Shown here one piece after another: positions 20,961-33,574 of a DNA stretch of 64,000 bases. The stretch comes from Schmidtea nova. Its lineage: Eukaryota. The notes beneath the pieces are model-generated. The model saw nothing but the letters and a program-made list of their open reading frames with translations. It was not told the DNA's origin and did no database searches. A program made the position numbers and the translations under genes. The stretch spans positions 315,580,001-315,644,000 of the forward strand of contig CM097882.1 in the NCBI GenBank assembly GCA_044892505.1, in the 5' to 3' direction. Each line of letters starts with the position of its first letter. Positions within the stretch are counted from its first letter, which is position 1.

Positions 20961-21599
20961 CTCTGTCTGTCTGTCGCATGTGACTTATTGTTCTATGTTA
21001 TTTAACGTTGTTAATATTGAATTATTCATTCATGTAAGTATGTATATAATAAAATGTATTTATATCATATAGATAGATGCTATTAAGATTTTAATAATGA
21101 TAAATATCCTAAAGTATTACATATAATAAAAATAATAAAAATAATAAAATTATTTAAATAAAATTTGAATTATTAAATTCAAATAGCTTACTATAGGAAA
21201 CTATAGTAAGCTAAAAATAATCAATAAACAGATTGATTATCAAATGGGAAAAAATTAAACAAATAAACTAGGAGAGATTTAAAAAAACCGAGAATTGGAT
21301 AACGGAGATTATATCATACTGAGATTTTGAAATTCTCAATATTCCAAGAGAATTTTAAACTAGAAATTAGTCCTTGGATCTTTGGGAACATACCTACTAC
21401 TGTTACTCAGATTTTAGAAACTTAAAATTGAAATACCTAAAAAATAAAGAATCCCCAACCTCTATTTCCCAACTCTATTCCTCAAATCAAAAAAATTAAT
21501 TTAGTTGATCTATCAGGAAAAAATACTCCAAACCTGAAAACGAACAGAAACGTATTCAAATCCACCTGATCACTCCGAAACTCTATAATCCCCCTAAAG

Positions 21600-21827
21600 T
21601 AACTTTTGTAAAATTGCATATTTGACATTGGTGATAATAGTTGTGTTTAGCGTTAATAATTAATTTATTTCATTATTGGTTGTCTTATTTTATTGTATAC
21701 ACTCTAGCACTACAAAGCATACACCCCGAGTGTCGGTACACAGTTAACGCCAGACTCTCTCGGGCTCTTACATTCTTCTAGAGTCACAAAACAGAATATA
21801 ACCTTAAACACACATACGTAACATAAA
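21600..21827 (+). mobile_element. 3' part of an LTR of the 6/23/44-kb family, opposite orientation, running into a gap
   Basis: GCATACACCCCGAGTGTC...GACTCTCTCGGG is the reverse complement of the cassette in the other LTRs. Confidence 0.65.
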
Positions 21828-21988
21828 NNNNNNNNNNNNNNNNNNNNNNNNNNNNNNNNNNNNNNNNNNNNNNNNNNNNNNNNNNNNNNNNNNNNNNNNN
21901 NNNNNNNNNNNNNNNNNNNNNNNNNNNNNNNNNNNNNNNNNNNNNNNNNNNNNNNNNNNNNNNNNNNNNNNNNNNNNNNNNNNNNNNN
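21828..21988. other. Assembly gap (N run)
   Basis: Direct observation. Confidence 1.
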
Positions 21989-22427
21989 TTTGTGTGTAAC
22001 GCTGTTTTCGCTAACTCATAACCTTTTCATTTCTTAAGATAAAAAGCCCAAACAAAAAGTGTTTTAAAGATCTTTTCAAAAGCTTTTCAATGGTGTGAAG
22101 TACGTATTATCTCATTCCCAATTATAATGAATGTTTTCTACATGACAGTGTTTTTAGAAATATTTTTATTATACAGCTGAAATATATTTATTTCGAAAAA
22201 TTCCGTCTTTTTTGACGGGTAACACACTAGTTAGTGCTAATTGCGAAATTATTTGACTTTTCTATGCTACTCTCAATTAAACAAGCTTTACGAGTTAATT
22301 TATTTCATTCATATTGTGGAACTCCATTTTAATAATTCTGACAATTATTTAAATCAGATTCGATTTCGATTTCTTCACTAGGCTGCCATTCATCAACTAT
22401 TTGAAAATCATCCCATTCACCAGTTTG

Positions 22428-22790
22428 TCAAGCTTCTTCCACCGCTTCTTCCCTCACATCATGTTGATTAATAATAATAACATCGTCATTATCATCAGAT
22501 TCGACTATAATTATGACGTTATCATTAAGTTTTTGTTTTTTACTAGGTACGTCTATCACACCATTGTTAAATAATTTTTTAAATAGAATTTTTTTGTTTA
22601 TAATAAATGATTTTAAATGATGCTTGTGGTCATTATAAAAGATTTTATTAGGGGTTGTGAGAAGAGCTTCACAAAATGGACATAAATAATACTTTTTGGT
22701 ATAATTATTTATCGAGTAATATTTTTCCATTGTTGAATGGCAATTTGCATGCATTTTTGATGTGCAGTAATTTTTAAATAGATCACCTTA
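22428..22790 (-). CDS. Hypothetical protein with C-x4-H-x2-C...CPFC zinc-finger half
   Basis: YCTSKMHANCHS...YLCPFC followed by an acidic tail. Confidence 0.35.
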
Positions 22791-23003
22791 AATTTTTAAA
22801 AAATATTTTAACATAATAATAATAATAAACATTTTATTCACGAAAAAATAATTTTATTAGTTTAATATTTATTTAATTTATGGATAAATTTATTTTTGAA
22901 TTTCTTTATTGAATATAGATAGAAATTATTTTTTATCTATAGTCAATGAAGATTTCAAAATTATTTATTTTACTTCTTTTTTAACTATAAAGTGTCTGTA
23001 TTT

Positions 23004-23058
<55 letters not shown>

Positions 23059-23067
<9 letters not shown>

Positions 23068-23828
23068 AAAAAGGTATATATTCACTGTTCAATATTAGTT
23101 TTAGTTGTTTATATATGTGAATGTGAAGAGGAATAGTAGGTCCCGAGAGAGTCTGACGTTAACAATGTGCCGACACTCGGGGTGTATGCTGTGTCGTGCG
23201 GGTACAGTGATAATAAACCAAATAAGAAAATAAACTGATAAAATATATTAATAACCAACAAAAAAATTTAAAGTCTAACTTCGGTAATCTTCACGTCATC
23301 TTTATCCAATTCTTTATTTTGTTGACTTGCTATTAACGCTTGGATTTGAGATTGGATTGGGCCAAATTGAGATTGAGGCAAATTGAGATTGGATTGGGCC
23401 AAATTGAGATTGAGGTAAAATTGAGATTGGATTGGGCCAAATTGAGATTGAGGTAAAATTGAGATTGGACTGAGCCAAATTGAGATTGAGGCAGAATTGA
23501 GATTGGATTGAGCCAAATTGAGATTGAGGAAAAATTGTTGTAGTTATATAATTTCTAATTATCAATTTTTTTAAAATTTTTGGAATTCCTATAGTAATTC
23601 TGATTATTACTATAGGAATTGATTTAATTTTTATTTGAATTAATTTTTTTATTATCATAACTCTAAATTATAATAATAATAATAAAAAATTGCACACACC
23701 AACAAAAAAAGGGGGGGGGTCCCCGGTGACCGCAAAGGCACCGTCCATAACAATGACGGCGCTTACAACAACGTACTCGAATATCACTAATCATAAAATA
23801 AATTAGGCAATAAAATATGTCATTCACA
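23059..23828 (-). mobile_element. Solo LTR inserted in a (TA)n microsatellite
   Basis: TG...CA ends flanked by (TA)n on both sides; internal AAATTGAGATTGG repeats (23340-23530); two cassettes shared with the 44-kb LTR. Confidence 0.8.
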
Positions 23829-24023
23829 ATATATATATATATATATATACAGTTGAATAACCATAGTTCACTGAAAAAAATTCGAGTTATAGAAATAATA
23901 ACTCCAAAATGTGTAGAGTACACGTTAAACAATCTATTGACAGTAAATATGTACATATTTTGAGTATCTATAAACAAAAAAATAACATAACATTATTATT
24001 TATTGTTTTATAAAACATTATTT

Positions 24024-25575
24024 TTATAAAAAGTCAGTAATTTTAGTTTGCCTTCCATTAAACAATTCTTTATCCATAAAGTTCTCTAAAGTTGATAACG
24101 CGCGATACACTTCGTCTGTAAGATTCGTTTTTGAACACAAATATTCACTACACTTACTTAAAAAATAACGCATTTCTTTGTTTGTAGGTGGAATCGGCGC
24201 TGTAAAGGCATTTTGGATGCTAGAAAAGACATTGTCATTGTCATTGTCATCTTCATCTTCCTCTTCGTGATTTTTAATCATGTTTAAAATATCGGAATCT
24301 GTTGGATAGTCCGTTATAACCATGTCTTCATCTACAGACAAAAAATCACCAAGAGACACTGTATTGCCGACATTTTGTTGATTATAAATGTCAAACACGG
24401 ATCTCAATTCTGACAGAGGCATATCATCTTCACTACAATTGCTTTCGCCGTGTTTTTTGAAGCCAGCCTTTGTGAAATAATTTTTTATTGTTGCTTGCTG
24501 TACATCGGTGTTCCACGCTTTCGACAAGTTTGTAATAGCATCCCATAAAGTAATATTTCCCGTCTGATTGTCTTCTTCTAAGGCAATTAAAGTTTTTTCT
24601 CAGAATTCTTGTTCTATAGTGCAATTTCATATTGTTGATAATTCCTTGGTTCATAGGTTGTAATTTTGGCGTCATTTTTGGTGGGAGAAAAACTACAAGA
24701 ATCGAATTAAGCTGCTTCGTAATTTTTGGATGTGACGGACAGTTATCCACAAACAGCAATATTTTACGTTTTTCGGCATTAAATTTCTTGTCTAAACTAG
24801 AAAGCCATTCTTCATAAACTGCGCTTGTCATCCAAGCCTTTTTGTTACTTCTGTATATCACTTGTAAAAAACGTTTTCCTTTGAAGCAACGCGTATTTTG
24901 GGATTTTCCAATTACCAACAGTTTTAGTTTTCGGTACCACACATATTGGCTCCCACCATGACGGTGATTCTTTCTTTGCTGTGCTTTCTGCCGAAGCACT
25001 TTTCGTCTTTAAAGGTTAACGTTTTATCACGCAAACATTTAAAAAATAAGCCCGACTCATCCGCGTTAAAAATGTCTTTTTCATGATAAGATGCTATAAT
25101 TTCCGGTAAAATATTGTTGCGCCACTCTTCACAATTATGTTCATTGACATCTGCACTTTCACCACACAGAACCTATTGAATAATATTATGCCTCTTCTTA
25201 AACTTATCTAACCAACCTACACTGGCGACGAAATTGGTGTGTCCCAGACTCTCAGCAAAATAAAGTGCCTTTTCCCTAATAAATAGGCCAGACATTGGTA
25301 AATTCTTTTCCCGAGCAATTTTAAACCATTCCAAAGTAACTTTTTCAATGTCTTCGTAGGTACAGTTTTTAAAACGTTTGCGATCAGTAGTAACACCATT
25401 TTCGGCCTTCTTCATAATTTCTTCGCGGTTTTTTATAATTGAAGAAAGTGTATTTGGAGTAATCCCAAAGTCTTTAGCAATCACTTTTCTTTTTAATACC
25501 TTTATCAACTTCACTTATCAACCTCACTTTGTCAGATAACGACATCGTATTTAGTTTTGTTTTCTGGCCACTCAT
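24024..25575 (-). pseudogene. Tigger/pogo (CENP-B-like) transposase, frameshifted
   Basis: HTH (AKDFGITPNTLSSIIKN), ASVGWLDKFKKRH, IFNADESG, YRSNKKAWMT, LLFVDNCPSH, LQPMNQG. Confidence 0.92.
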
Positions 25576-25878
25576 ATTCGCAATTGGGATGGCAGAAGAA
25601 AGAATGTGTTTAAACTTAAAAATTTGATTGATTTATAACTCTTACTATAAAAAATTAATATCTATATAAATCTCCCAGAAGCTATAATGATATTATCAGC
25701 AATTATATTCATACAGTAGCATATTAGAAAAACGAATGGATTTAATTTTATAAATTCTTTACCTAATAACCAGTTCGTCTATTATTTGTTTATTTGTATG
25801 CAGAAACAAAATTTCTGTGAAATTATATTATTTTTAATGCGATTAACTATTATACTTACAGCCACATATTTGTTAATA

Positions 25879-28800
25879 CTGCCCTCCTTATCAAATAGAC
25901 CGTAACTGCAAAAATACACTTAGGAGATAAATAACAAAACGTGTTTTCAATTCTGCCAACCAGTTAACCTAAACCAATCATCCATTTATATTTGTTTGCA
26001 TCTAGGCCTAGTGATGCAGTTTAAAATGCAGTTAGCAAATTCTGACTTAATTGGCTTAATTGGTTAATATTGCAGATACGGTCTATTAGCTAATAATGGT
26101 ATAGCATACTGGCTATGTATTTACTTAGCAATAAAGCAGTAACTGACAATGAATCACACATTTACACTAAAACTCATTTAATAACAAAACAGAAATACAG
26201 AATACACAGAAATACTGCTTGTATAGTTTCAAAACATTATCAAACAAAAGCATAAAAGCTTAAGAAACAGGTAAGAAAGTTCCTGCAAGGTCTGCAATAA
26301 TTGGCGCTGATGACTATTTATAACTAAGTAATGATTGCACGGAATAATACTGTTAACGAAAAAATACCCAAGTATTATTACCCAAGAATGACTGACTTCA
26401 AATCAAGAGTCCTGACGATTGCTACATAACTTTGCCTAAAGTACAATACTGACATACCGTTCTCATAAAATATTACATGAAGTTAAAATGCAACAATGTA
26501 CAGCACAAAACAAAACGAAAAACGTGGTTCACAGTCTGCACAGCATTCTTGCCTAGCGATAACAGACAACGTTCAAGTATTAAAAAGGCGATAACTGGCA
26601 TCAACACCCAAATAGAATAGTTGACAATAAACAGCGTCAACTGACAATGTTGAAATGCTAAAAGTGATTTATAGCTAACGACAAGGGTAAAATAAACCAG
26701 CTGACAATAAACAATAACAGAACTGCATGCAGTTACCACAAAAATGAAATCCACTGACAAAAGCAAACTATAATAATATAACACAGAAAAATGCATGCAG
26801 GAAACAATGTCATTCAGCAACTACCAAGTCGGGAACATTTGCGACAGGTAAATCCTGCCAAAACTTCAGTCGAGTGTTGACCATCAAACCACCAAGTTTG
26901 TTGAGTATGTCATCCTTTTTAGCCTGAGGGACACCCCTGGCTTGCGATCTACATGGAGGCTTGGTAACACCACCTTTCAAGCATGCAGCTGTCAAGAAAT
27001 TCAGCTGTTTATCCTTATCATTAAATGCCGTTTTATAGGCAAGACTCCTGCTGCCGCGAGTTGCAGTCACCATTACCATATCACTCAGGTAAGGTCTCGG
27101 AGTGGTACGGTTAATTTTATAAGTAGATGATGCATCTGGCCAGTCAAAGAAATTAGAAATTTGCATTTCCTTCACAGAAGTTTTACTATTTGCGTCCTGA
27201 ACGCAACAGACAAAGTCGTTAAAATCATACACTTTTCCAGCCTTTTTCATGCTCTGCTCAACCTGGTGATGAAAGTTATCGGTGCTCATAAACGTGTGGC
27301 CTGGTTCAAAAAATTTTAGCTCAATTCTGTGAGCAGAAATTTCCGCACTGTTAACAAGATAGACAAGGTAAGAGAATAAAGTCCAGTTTTTGTTCTGGCT
27401 GGCACAGTTGTCCAACCACAATGTAATTTCTTCAGCATCTCGCTGCGTCAAAAAGAATGCATGAAACGCACTTACTAGATCTTCCTTTTTACGGCCTGCG
27501 ACAGCCTCGTGACACAACACAGCAACTGACTTAGCAACTGGTTTGTCACCGAGTGGAACAAAACTTTCATTGAACGCAATTATACGCCGAGTGAAAAGTA
27601 CAGTTTTAAATGATTCCATGCGTGGCAGCATAATGACCTTTTGTAAGTCAGCCGAAAAAAATACATGTTTTGAGTCATCAGTCGTTGGTGTAGTACGGTC
27701 AGCTCTATATGCCTGCCTACTGTCATCAGCCCTCTTGATGTGAGTTTTCCACTTTGTACACATTTCACAACTTAAATCCAAATTATTTTTGGTGTGGTTA
27801 TTAGAATGAATGTTGAAACTTTCACAAACTTCACACTCTTCATGGCCTAATTTGGCAAACGAAATATCCATACTTTTAACTTCACTGCGATAAACCTCGT
27901 ATGAACAATGTATGCCAGGATTTTTCTGCAGGAAATCCCGGTGCATACAACCAACAGTTATGTCAGAGGGCAAGTATCGTTTGTTAGGTGCATGCTCACG
28001 ACGATAATGTGAAACACATGGACCAAAGGATTCAACATGGGCACGCATTGCAATGCGGTCAAATTTCTTATGAAGGCCAGAACCTCGGCCATCTCGCTTC
28101 GGGACAGCAGAGCCTGGACTGAGTGAATGCAATGCTTTCTGCACAACCGAGTCATTGTTCCCAGCAAAACCCAGAGTGGTAAGATAGAACAGTTTGCAAA
28201 CTGAAACCTCTTCACCCTTATCGTTACGCATGAAGTAATGAAACGTATTAGAACGTTTTGATTCACCTGGTGTCGTTTTGCGATCAACAGAATGGCGCTT
28301 GACGCCAGAACAAATAAATAAATGTCTTTCAAACCAGGTTAAGCTCCAAAAATCTGCATTCAGCTTTATGCGCTGAGCCTCATCAATTTTCGTGCAACAT
28401 TTACGCTTGCAATTATCAGAGCATGGCACACGAATGGCGTGAGTTTCTACCATGTTCTCATGTTGTGCTTTCTTGCGCGATTTCGGAGACATCGTGTGAC
28501 GTTTTCTCTTGGTCAGTCCGGTTTTTGGTAGAGGTTGAGCATGACCAGGAACACAAGATCCGGTTATTGGAGACATTCTGGTAACAGTATCAGTATTGTC
28601 AAAAATGGGTGCTTCGGCAGATTCTGGATTAACTGCAGCATCACCAGCCTCGGGAGTTTCAACGTTCATCAAATCTGACACTGCTATGTCGCAGTAGAAA
28701 TCATACGATGCAGTGTCATCTGTCAATCAATCAAAAAAAATCAACAAATAAATTAGTTTGTCTTTAAGTAGGATATTAATTTATAATCACAGCAGTAAAA

Positions 28801-29843
28801 TGCGCTAAAGATGATTATACAGCGACTGTGATCTAACAGTACCAGTAAATTGTAAGCAATAAAACACTACGATGAAGTATTTAATACCTGCTGATGCCGG
28901 CACTTCGCAGTGGACTGCTGAGTGGATATCGCAAGATGGAGTGTCAACCGTGTCAGGTAGTGGAGTTTGCGACGTTGACGGTGCTGCCAAATTACGAACC
29001 ATGGCAAATTTTCGTGATTCTTTGCTCATTGCACAAGAGTCAAAGTTCAACCATCGGCGTACCTTGCTAGTAGAAGTTTCATTTTCTATGTTAGCCAAAA
29101 TGTCTCTTGTGTTTTTTCTTCGTTTAGCATTCGATGTGGTGTCTTTTGGTCCAGCATTCTCTTTCATTTTTTTCAAGGCTAATTCAAGAATTATTGCTCC
29201 TCGCTTCATTTTCACTCTACAATATAACAATTATAGTAATTACGAATCTTCCATACTACAACACAGGCGACCAGCATATTAATGTACAAGGTTTGGTACC
29301 AGATATTGCTGAATTAATATCTTAGAATAGGTCAATCCGACAGGAAATAACGCACAGGCCAAAGTTCCGGTACGGCTACGCCGTGTCCGAATTTCTTTTA
29401 CGGTTTCTGTAACGTACGTCACTATATCGATAGGCCTAATGAAATGTTCATCAACAGTGCATATAGGCCTACTTCAAACCAGCAAGTGGGAAAAATGAGG
29501 ATTACACAATAAAATGTTTACCTATGAATATTCGTAAAGTTTATTATATACACAAAACCAAAGAGGAAATGCAATTCTGCGCATGCGCGTAAGCCACCGT
29601 ATCTGCAGCCACAATTTCCAATACCAACCAATCGAACCGTAACTGCTGTACGGTTTTATTGCTAAGCATACCACCGCCATGAGCAGATACGGTCGATGTA
29701 AGTAATCAAATTTCTAAGGCCTCGGACTAGATACGGTCTTATCGCTAAGCAGAATGAAGGTTAATTGCAACTGCATACAGTTGACGCCTCTAACTCGATT
29801 TTTGTAGTTTTGTCAGTTACGGTCTATTTGATAAGGAGGGCAG
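25879..29843 (-). mobile_element. Sola1-type DNA transposon, full length
   Basis: 30-bp TIRs CTGCCCTCCTTATCAAATAGACCGTAACTG (25879-25908 / 29814-29843); 4-bp TSD AATA on both sides. Confidence 0.85.
26810..29209 (-). CDS. Sola1-type DDD transposase, two exons (29209-28888, 28719-26810), ~743 aa
   Basis: ADLQKVIMLP, WLDNCASQNKN and PGHTFMSTD triad; GT-AG intron 28720-28887 keeps the frame. Confidence 0.82.
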
Positions 29844-30027
29844 AATAGCTCTCGGTATTAAAACCAATAAATACTTTACAATCGGTTTATGTCAGCAATA
29901 TTTGAAGAGATTCGTTACAATAAAAAGAAATATACATTTTGGGAAGTACGCGGTAAAAAAATCGAGATAAAGCGACTATTTTATATGTAAAATTTGACCA
30001 AATTGACAAATTTTTACTTCGAGTTAT

Positions 30028-31993
30028 GTGGCCGTCCATAAAGTACGTCACGCTATTTTTGACCATTTTTAACACCCTCTCCCCCTGTCACAAACTCACA
30101 AATCTCGGACCCCCCCAAAGTACGTCACACTTTCGAAAAATTTTTTTTTTTCAATTAACACCTAATAAAAATTTAATCTAAAACACACTTCACTATTAAA
30201 GTGTATTCAGATATAAAATTTTCACTAAACAGAACTATACCATTATTAAAATGACTAAGTAGAATAGTTAATTGTCAACAGTTGTCACAGTAATTCATTG
30301 AAGCTCTGTGTTGTCCTTTTTTTTCTTCAACATTGTTTGTGAGGCAAAGTATATGTGACATACTTTGCAAATTCGATCAAGTAAGCTGGTCTGCAAAGAT
30401 GGGCAATAAAGATCATATAGTTTTACTTTGAAAACTCCAGTTGATTTTGGCATAATGTCATCAAATTTGAGAGTTTGTGTCACAAACAATGAAGGAAATT
30501 TATGAGAATCTGCATCTGCTCTTTCTGAAGCCTTGAGTCCATCAGTTGTTTGGTTGATTGGGATTGGAGGAGGAAAGAATCTCGAAGGTAAAACGTTGAA
30601 ATACGAGCTTCGTACTTTGTCGCAACATTTCATGTCGTGACATTTCACAATTTGAGTGAGATATTGGCTGGTGCGAACATGATTGTCAAACCATTCCTGA
30701 TCCTTCGATATCAGCCCTGCTGCATCCAATTCAGATCTATCAGGGTCGATATATTCTGCAACTGTTGGAAATTGGTCAACAATCACCTGTGACCAGACTT
30801 CAGCCAAAGTTGCACCTGCAAACTTGAAGTTTGTTCTTTCCATATCCTCATTGATTGTTCTGCCCTGCGAATCAAGGTGACTGCCACAATGTTCAAGTGG
30901 CAATATGACACTAGACAGTTCTCTGCTCAAAGGAGCCATTCGACATTCAACGCGATTTAAAGCACTTCTTCCCGGTGCATTGGTTGCAATGAATAAGGCA
31001 TCTAGATTATTTTTCGCAAAGTGGTGGATTGCAACTTCAATGACTTTTCGATAGTGAGGATTTTCGTCTGGCCCACCATCCACTGTAAAAACGACAATAG
31101 GCTTGATGCCCTTGTCTCTTTCATCTCTTGTTATTGCATCAAATTCATCCAAATCCAATAATCTTTCAAAGTCTAAGCCATGAGCAAAAGCAGAAGATGA
31201 CGAATGCTTCCCTGATCTTATTGCATTATATGTTGGACCCGAATAGCTTACAACTTCCGGTTTTCCTAGACCATCTTTTTCAATGCGGATTCCGGCATAA
31301 ACTGATGGAATAAGTTTGTGTTTGGCTGCAACAACCCAATCATGGTCTGGTAGACATATTCGATATTCCACATGCATTAGCAATGGTGCCTGCTTATTCG
31401 CTGCGGTCAATCCTATTGGAACTCGTGCTTTGTCATCCTGGCTAATGAAGCATACTTCGTTAGGTCCGAGCACTGATGATAATTCTTCTAAATGTCTCAA
31501 TGTGGCTCTGCAGAACTTTCCATCGATGTGTTTGGAGTGAGAATCGTTCTGGGATCGGATTAGCCTGGCTGGCACTGAGGAAACGTGTCTTTTCCCTTCT
31601 AATGTCGAACTTCGTCTAGGTAACAATTGAGTGTAGACGGTGCTCCGGCTGACATGGAATCCATCAATGTTAAGTTTCTCTGTCAATTGGTCTAGTGTTC
31701 TAATACTCCTGTATAATTCACTCTGTCGTTTTTCATGTGCAGCCGACCCATGTAAAGCGATGTCGACAATTGCTTTGAGAAACAATGGTTGATCAATTTT
31801 TATTGCAGGACGACCAGTATTTTTAAAGCTATTAAATTCTACTAAAAAAATGAAAAAAATTAGAAATAAGAAAAAATAAAATGTGACATCACACATGGCC
31901 TGACCCCCCTCCCCCTCCCCCTGTCACAAACTGTCACACTTTCTTACATCCCCTCTCCCCTTCTGGAGCGTGACGTACTATATGGACGGCCCC
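30028..31993 (-). mobile_element. Zator-type DNA transposon
   Basis: 27-bp TIRs G(T/G)GGCCGTCCATA(A/T)AGTACGTCACGCT; 3-bp TAT duplication on both sides. Confidence 0.8.
30295..31896 (-). CDS. Zator/TP36-like DDE transposase (N-terminus apparently missing)
   Basis: SQDDKARVPIG, LPDHDWVV, TVDGGPDENP and NRVECRMAPLS motifs; open for more than 500 codons. Confidence 0.75.
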   Translation of the reverse strand: MCDVTFYFFLFLIFFIFLVEFNSFKNTGRPAIKIDQPLFLKAIVDIALHGSAAHEKRQSELYRSIRTLDQLTEKLNIDGFHVSRSTVYTQLLPRRSSTLEGKRHVSSVPARLIRSQNDSHSKHIDGKFCRATLRHLEELSSVLGPNEVCFISQDDKARVPIGLTAANKQAPLLMHVEYRICLPDHDWVVAAKHKLIPSVYAGIRIEKDGLGKPEVVSYSGPTYNAIRSGKHSSSSAFAHGLDFERLLDLDEFDAITRDERDKGIKPIVVFTVDGGPDENPHYRKVIEVAIHHFAKNNLDALFIATNAPGRSALNRVECRMAPLSRELSSVILPLEHCGSHLDSQGRTINEDMERTNFKFAGATLAEVWSQVIVDQFPTVAEYIDPDRSELDAAGLISKDQEWFDNHVRTSQYLTQIVKCHDMKCCDKVRSSYFNVLPSRFFPPPIPINQTTDGLKASERADADSHKFPSLFVTQTLKFDDIMPKSTGVFKVKLYDLYCPSLQTSLLDRICKVCHIYFASQTMLKKKKDNTELQ

Positions 31994-32122
31994 TATGAGA
32001 AAATTCGAGCTATGGAAATTCGATTTATGGAGCCTAATTCATATGGAAAATGCTATCTAAACGTATGAATTTCTAAAAAAATTCGAGTTATATTAATATT
32101 CGAGATATAGAAGTTCGAGTTA

Positions 32123-32167
<45 letters not shown>

Positions 32168-33154
32168 GATATAGACAATATTTTTTTATTAATATTTTAA
32201 CATTAAACTAAAAGAATAATATAGCTGACATATTTAATATTATTATTGTACAAAGACATGAATATAGTTGCCATCTTTATTAATATATAACACAACTAAA
32301 AGATTGACATAGACAATATTTTTGATTAATATTAACTACTTTATTAATAGAGTTTGAAAAAAATATATTTAAAAGAGTTTATTTTTCATATATAAATAAA
32401 TTTATTTTCATTATTTTAAAATGAAATTATTTATATATATGAAAAATATTTTAATAAATATACTGAAATATAAAATATTTTTATTAATATAATGCGTTTT
32501 ATGTAAATCATTTTTAATTAATATAGTTTAAAATCATTTTTAATCTATATTACCTAAAATTGATTTATATCTATCTATTTTAAATAACATTATGCTTCAT
32601 AATAAAATAAAATTGGATAAATAAATAACTTCTTACATTTAATCTTTTTAAAGAAATTTGTTCCAGCATCATCATTAGCGGTAGCATTAGCATCATCATC
32701 ATCATTTGCATGAGCATGGGCATGAGCATGTGTATCATTTGACTCAACAGTATAGTCAATATCGACATTAAAATTTCCTAAAAATAAAAAACATTTTAAT
32801 GAAAAAATAAATTAGAATTTTAAATTATTACTCTTTCGACCATTAAATTTCATTTGAATACAATCCTCGGGATTCGTTATAATAATACAATCGTTATCTA
32901 AAATAAAAATATTTTTAAAATAATAAAATAAAGATGAATTAAAAAATTTACCATTTTCAGCAGAGGGCTTAATTGTTATTATCTTTTCTAAAATGTTTTT
33001 GTAAAAGTGAAAATGTTTATAAAGAAAACACATACTTTATTCTCTGGCCAATCAAAATCCAGATAGGATAGGAAAGATATTACGTTACAGTATTTTTTGG
33101 AATAACTTTCGGTGTGGTATTTTAAAATTATTTTATGAAAAATGAAATAAATGT

Positions 33155-33574
33155 GTGCTTAAAACGATTTTAGGTAGGAAAAATAGTGTCATAAACAAAG
33201 ACATTTTTAAACAAAATTCTAATTTAATTTTTTCTTTAGAATGTATTTTAAAATATTTAATGTCTAATATCGAATTATTAACTGGTTTCGATATATACAA
33301 TGTATTGAAAACCATGCTTATGGAAGATGATCAACATAATGATTGTAGTGACGACAACAGTAACGAAGACGAATCTAATGATGAGGGAGTTGATGAAGGA
33401 ATTGAGAAAGGAATTGATGAAGAAGTTGATGAAGAAGTTTACGATAAATCTAATGTTAAAATTGATGAATCTATTGATGAATCTATTGATAATAATATTA
33501 ATAAGCATAATGATGCTATTGATAAATCTGAAATTTATTGTGGAGACGATGAGTGTACATGTAATCAACAATAA
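33155..33574 (+). CDS. Hypothetical protein with acidic tail
   Basis: Open frame with protein-like N-half and D/E-rich C-half, followed by AATAAA. Confidence 0.35.
   Translation: MLKTILGRKNSVINKDIFKQNSNLIFSLECILKYLMSNIELLTGFDIYNVLKTMLMEDDQHNDCSDDNSNEDESNDEGVDEGIEKGIDEEVDEEVYDKSNVKIDESIDESIDNNINKHNDAIDKSEIYCGDDECTCNQQ

Larger units (their letters stand above)
23850..32125 (-). mobile_element. Tigger/pogo element hosting nested Sola1 and Zator insertions
   Basis: Transposase remnant plus TTCGAGTTAT-type subterminal repeats at ~23880 and 32000-32123; ends degenerate. Confidence 0.7.

Noticed and set aside
23268-23658. ORFs with QSQF/NLNL repeats
   Set aside because: Translations of tandem repeats inside a solo LTR.
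29732-29746. ACGGTCTTATCG resembling part of a planarian spliced-leader sequence
   Set aside because: It is one of several TACGGTC subterminal repeats of the Sola element; the rest of an SL RNA is absent.
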